Shown: in pieces, positions 61,900 to 64,000 of the stretch
How the letters are laid out: each line of letters starts with the position of its first letter
Numbering within the stretch: position 1 is the stretch's first letter
Source of the DNA: Chiloscyllium plagiosum
Lineage: Eukaryota
NCBI RefSeq assembly: GCF_004010195.1
Contig: NC_057713.1
Span: 21,143,935 to 21,207,934 of the forward strand
DNA length: 64,000 nt
Direction of reading: 5' to 3'
Notes under the pieces: generated by a model
The model's database searches: none
What the model was told of the DNA's origin: nothing
The model's input: only the letters and a program-made list of their open reading frames with translations
Translations under genes and position numbers: made by a program

Positions 61900-62305
61900 T
61901 GAAGAAAACTTTCATTATTTCAGTTCTAACCGTTTGTCACTTTGCTCTAAGGCTGTGCCCTCAGGCCCTCGTCTCTCCTACCACTGGAAACATCTTCTCC
62001 ATTCTATCTAGGCCTCTTAGTATTTTGTAAGTTTCATTGAGATCCTTCCCCATCCTTTGAAACTCGGATACAGACCCAGAGTCTTCATTCGCTGTTGACA
62101 TGACAAGCCCTTCATCCCTGGTATTAGTCTTGTCAAACTCCTCTGGACTGCCTTCAAGGCCAACACACCTTCCCTGAGATACAGGGCCCGAAACTGCTCA
62201 AAATAGACCAAATATGGTCAGATCAGAGCCTTATACAGCCTCAGAAATACATCCTGCTCATGTATTCTAGCCCTCTCAAAATGTATGCTACCTTTAAATA
62301 TTGCC
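61900..62305 (-). mobile_element. CR1 ORF2 C-terminal fragment
   Basis: ORF 62017..62211: YFEQFRALYLREGVLALKAVQRSLTRLIPGMKGLS. Confidence 0.85.
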
Positions 62306-64000
62306 TTTGAAAACACTGGAAATAAACAATACCTATCCATTTCATTCTTGACTCTTCTGCCTTATTTAGCTTATAGTCCTGCTGTTTGATAGCTTTGTTT
62401 TAAAATGAATACAGCATACTCTTTAGATTCATGCCCTTCATTCTCAAATTACAATGCCACCTGTACGGTTCATTTTAGAACCAGTAAAGAGGACAGAAAA
62501 AACTAAACAGACTGTGTATTAGACACTTGGGGTGAAGCTCCTTCACTAATCAAAATGGGAGAAAGGTTGTTTATCCCTATAATTTACGGCCCTTTCATTA
62601 AATCGTGTCTGGTATTACTGAGAATGCAATTTTCATGGTGGGTTGTTAATTATGGGGAACAGGCATTTCTCTTGTTAATTAGATGAATTTTATTATCCAA
62701 GGTCTTTATTATTTGGGTAGGTCCTATTTCCAAACAAATTCTGCCTGTGCAAATTGGCTCTGCAACACAATGCAACGCAATTGCACTTTCAAAATAACAA
62801 CTCCCCTTCTTCTGCATCTATATAGCGTAGTGCATTTATTGTGGAATGTTTATGATCTAATTAACTAAATTGACAGGTAAAAGTTTGATCTTATTCATGT
62901 AAAATGTCATCTATATGAATGGCTGCAATGGTAAAGTTTAGAATCACAGCTGTTTAAAGAAACATTTGAGAAAGCTCACTTCTTTTTATTCAGGTCTTAT
63001 TTCTTTCAACTTTCATGGTTTAGAAACTCGTCTTATTTAGCTCTATTCTACAACTGATATCTCACAGGCTTTCTTTTTCCCTAAATTCACTATGTCCCAG
63101 AAACACTCCCACTGATGTGGTTGAAAGCAAAGATCCTTTATTTTCAGTGCCTGAGGGCTTTCTCTTTTGAGAAAACCGGCATTGACACATGTGTAAGATG
63201 TAATCTTGGACACTAGTTGGTGCAGAACACTGGCTCTCATCAATGGGCACTCCAGTACACAATTGAACAAATTGCAGATAAAGTAGACATCTGCTATATC
63301 CTTCTGCGGTAATTATTGTTTCCAGAAGAATATTTATCAAAGGTCTATTAAACCTTACTTAACAGTCTGCCATCAATTGACTGCTTTGTATATTAGTTAT
63401 GTCAGCTAGGGAAAATCCATAGCAATGATTCTGGTAAAATTGTGTTGGAATATTTCCTTCCATTATTGAGCACTCCAGTTATTTAATGTCTTACTGCTAA
63501 TAATTGAAAGAAGCAATTAAAATATTCCCTAAAGGACTTCCTGAAAGAAACAGTTTTGAAGAAGAAATGATCAGATAAGAGCTTCCTGAATCTAATAGCA
63601 TATTCATACATTTGCAATAAAATTGTCAGTTGCATGAGTTCATGAAATACAGTGATGACCCTCTTGTTCTGTTTATATTCTCGTGGCGGAAGAGTCCTGT
63701 GTTGTCTTAGCAGATCATTCACTGAGAACAGGAGGAATAAAATTACATTGATAATAAAGCTCCAAATATTAGAATTTAATAAGTCAATCCATTGTTAGCA
63801 GTACTTTTTTAAAAAAATGGTCTCAACAATTTTACTTAGGGACTTAAAATTTGAGTAATTGAAAGGAAGAATGTGTCAACATTCAAAAGACCTTTTTGGG
63901 TTGTTCTATAACCTATAACAGATAATCATTTTCAAAAGTTTTCAGCAAACTTTCAAAACTAAGAGCTGAACAGCATCGAAAGACATACTATACACCATGC

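Noticed and set aside
1-64000. ORF-track entries as host protein-coding genes
   Set aside because: All are short (60-187 aa). The recognisable ones are TE remnants or recurrent SINE-derived pseudo-ORFs, and no coherent exon chain or known host protein was found.

Overview
This is vertebrate non-coding DNA, very probably from an elasmobranch (shark): it carries several HE1-type V-SINEs and SacSINE1/DeuSINE-like copies. I recognise no intact host protein-coding gene, RNA gene or CRISPR array. The informative ORF-track entries are decayed transposon fragments and the rest look spurious, so the window is a large intron or gene desert. Roughly half of it is repeats: many CR1 LINE pieces, a second CR1/L2-group LINE with a tRNA-derived head and its SINE, RTE and L2 fragments, two solo LTRs, a pogo/Tigger-like MITE, two large Penelope-like element (PLE) remnants, about 11 short PLE-terminus elements, and three decayed PIF/Harbinger-type Myb/SANT genes. 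Main observations: (1) the PLE termini carry minimal hammerhead-ribozyme cores with a covarying stem II, and they insert with a 5' fold-back hairpin and/or 12-17 bp target duplications; (2) a young internal CR1 RT fragment at 1344-1470 shows the same fold-back plus long-duplication signature, suggesting trans-mobilisation of a foreign RNA; (3) a LINE appears to use a tRNA-derived SINE head as its own 5' end; (4) there are local templated duplications and several TE-free, CNE-like islands. Repeat family names come from recalled consensus motifs, not database searches. Boundaries of old repeats are approximate (tens of bp).
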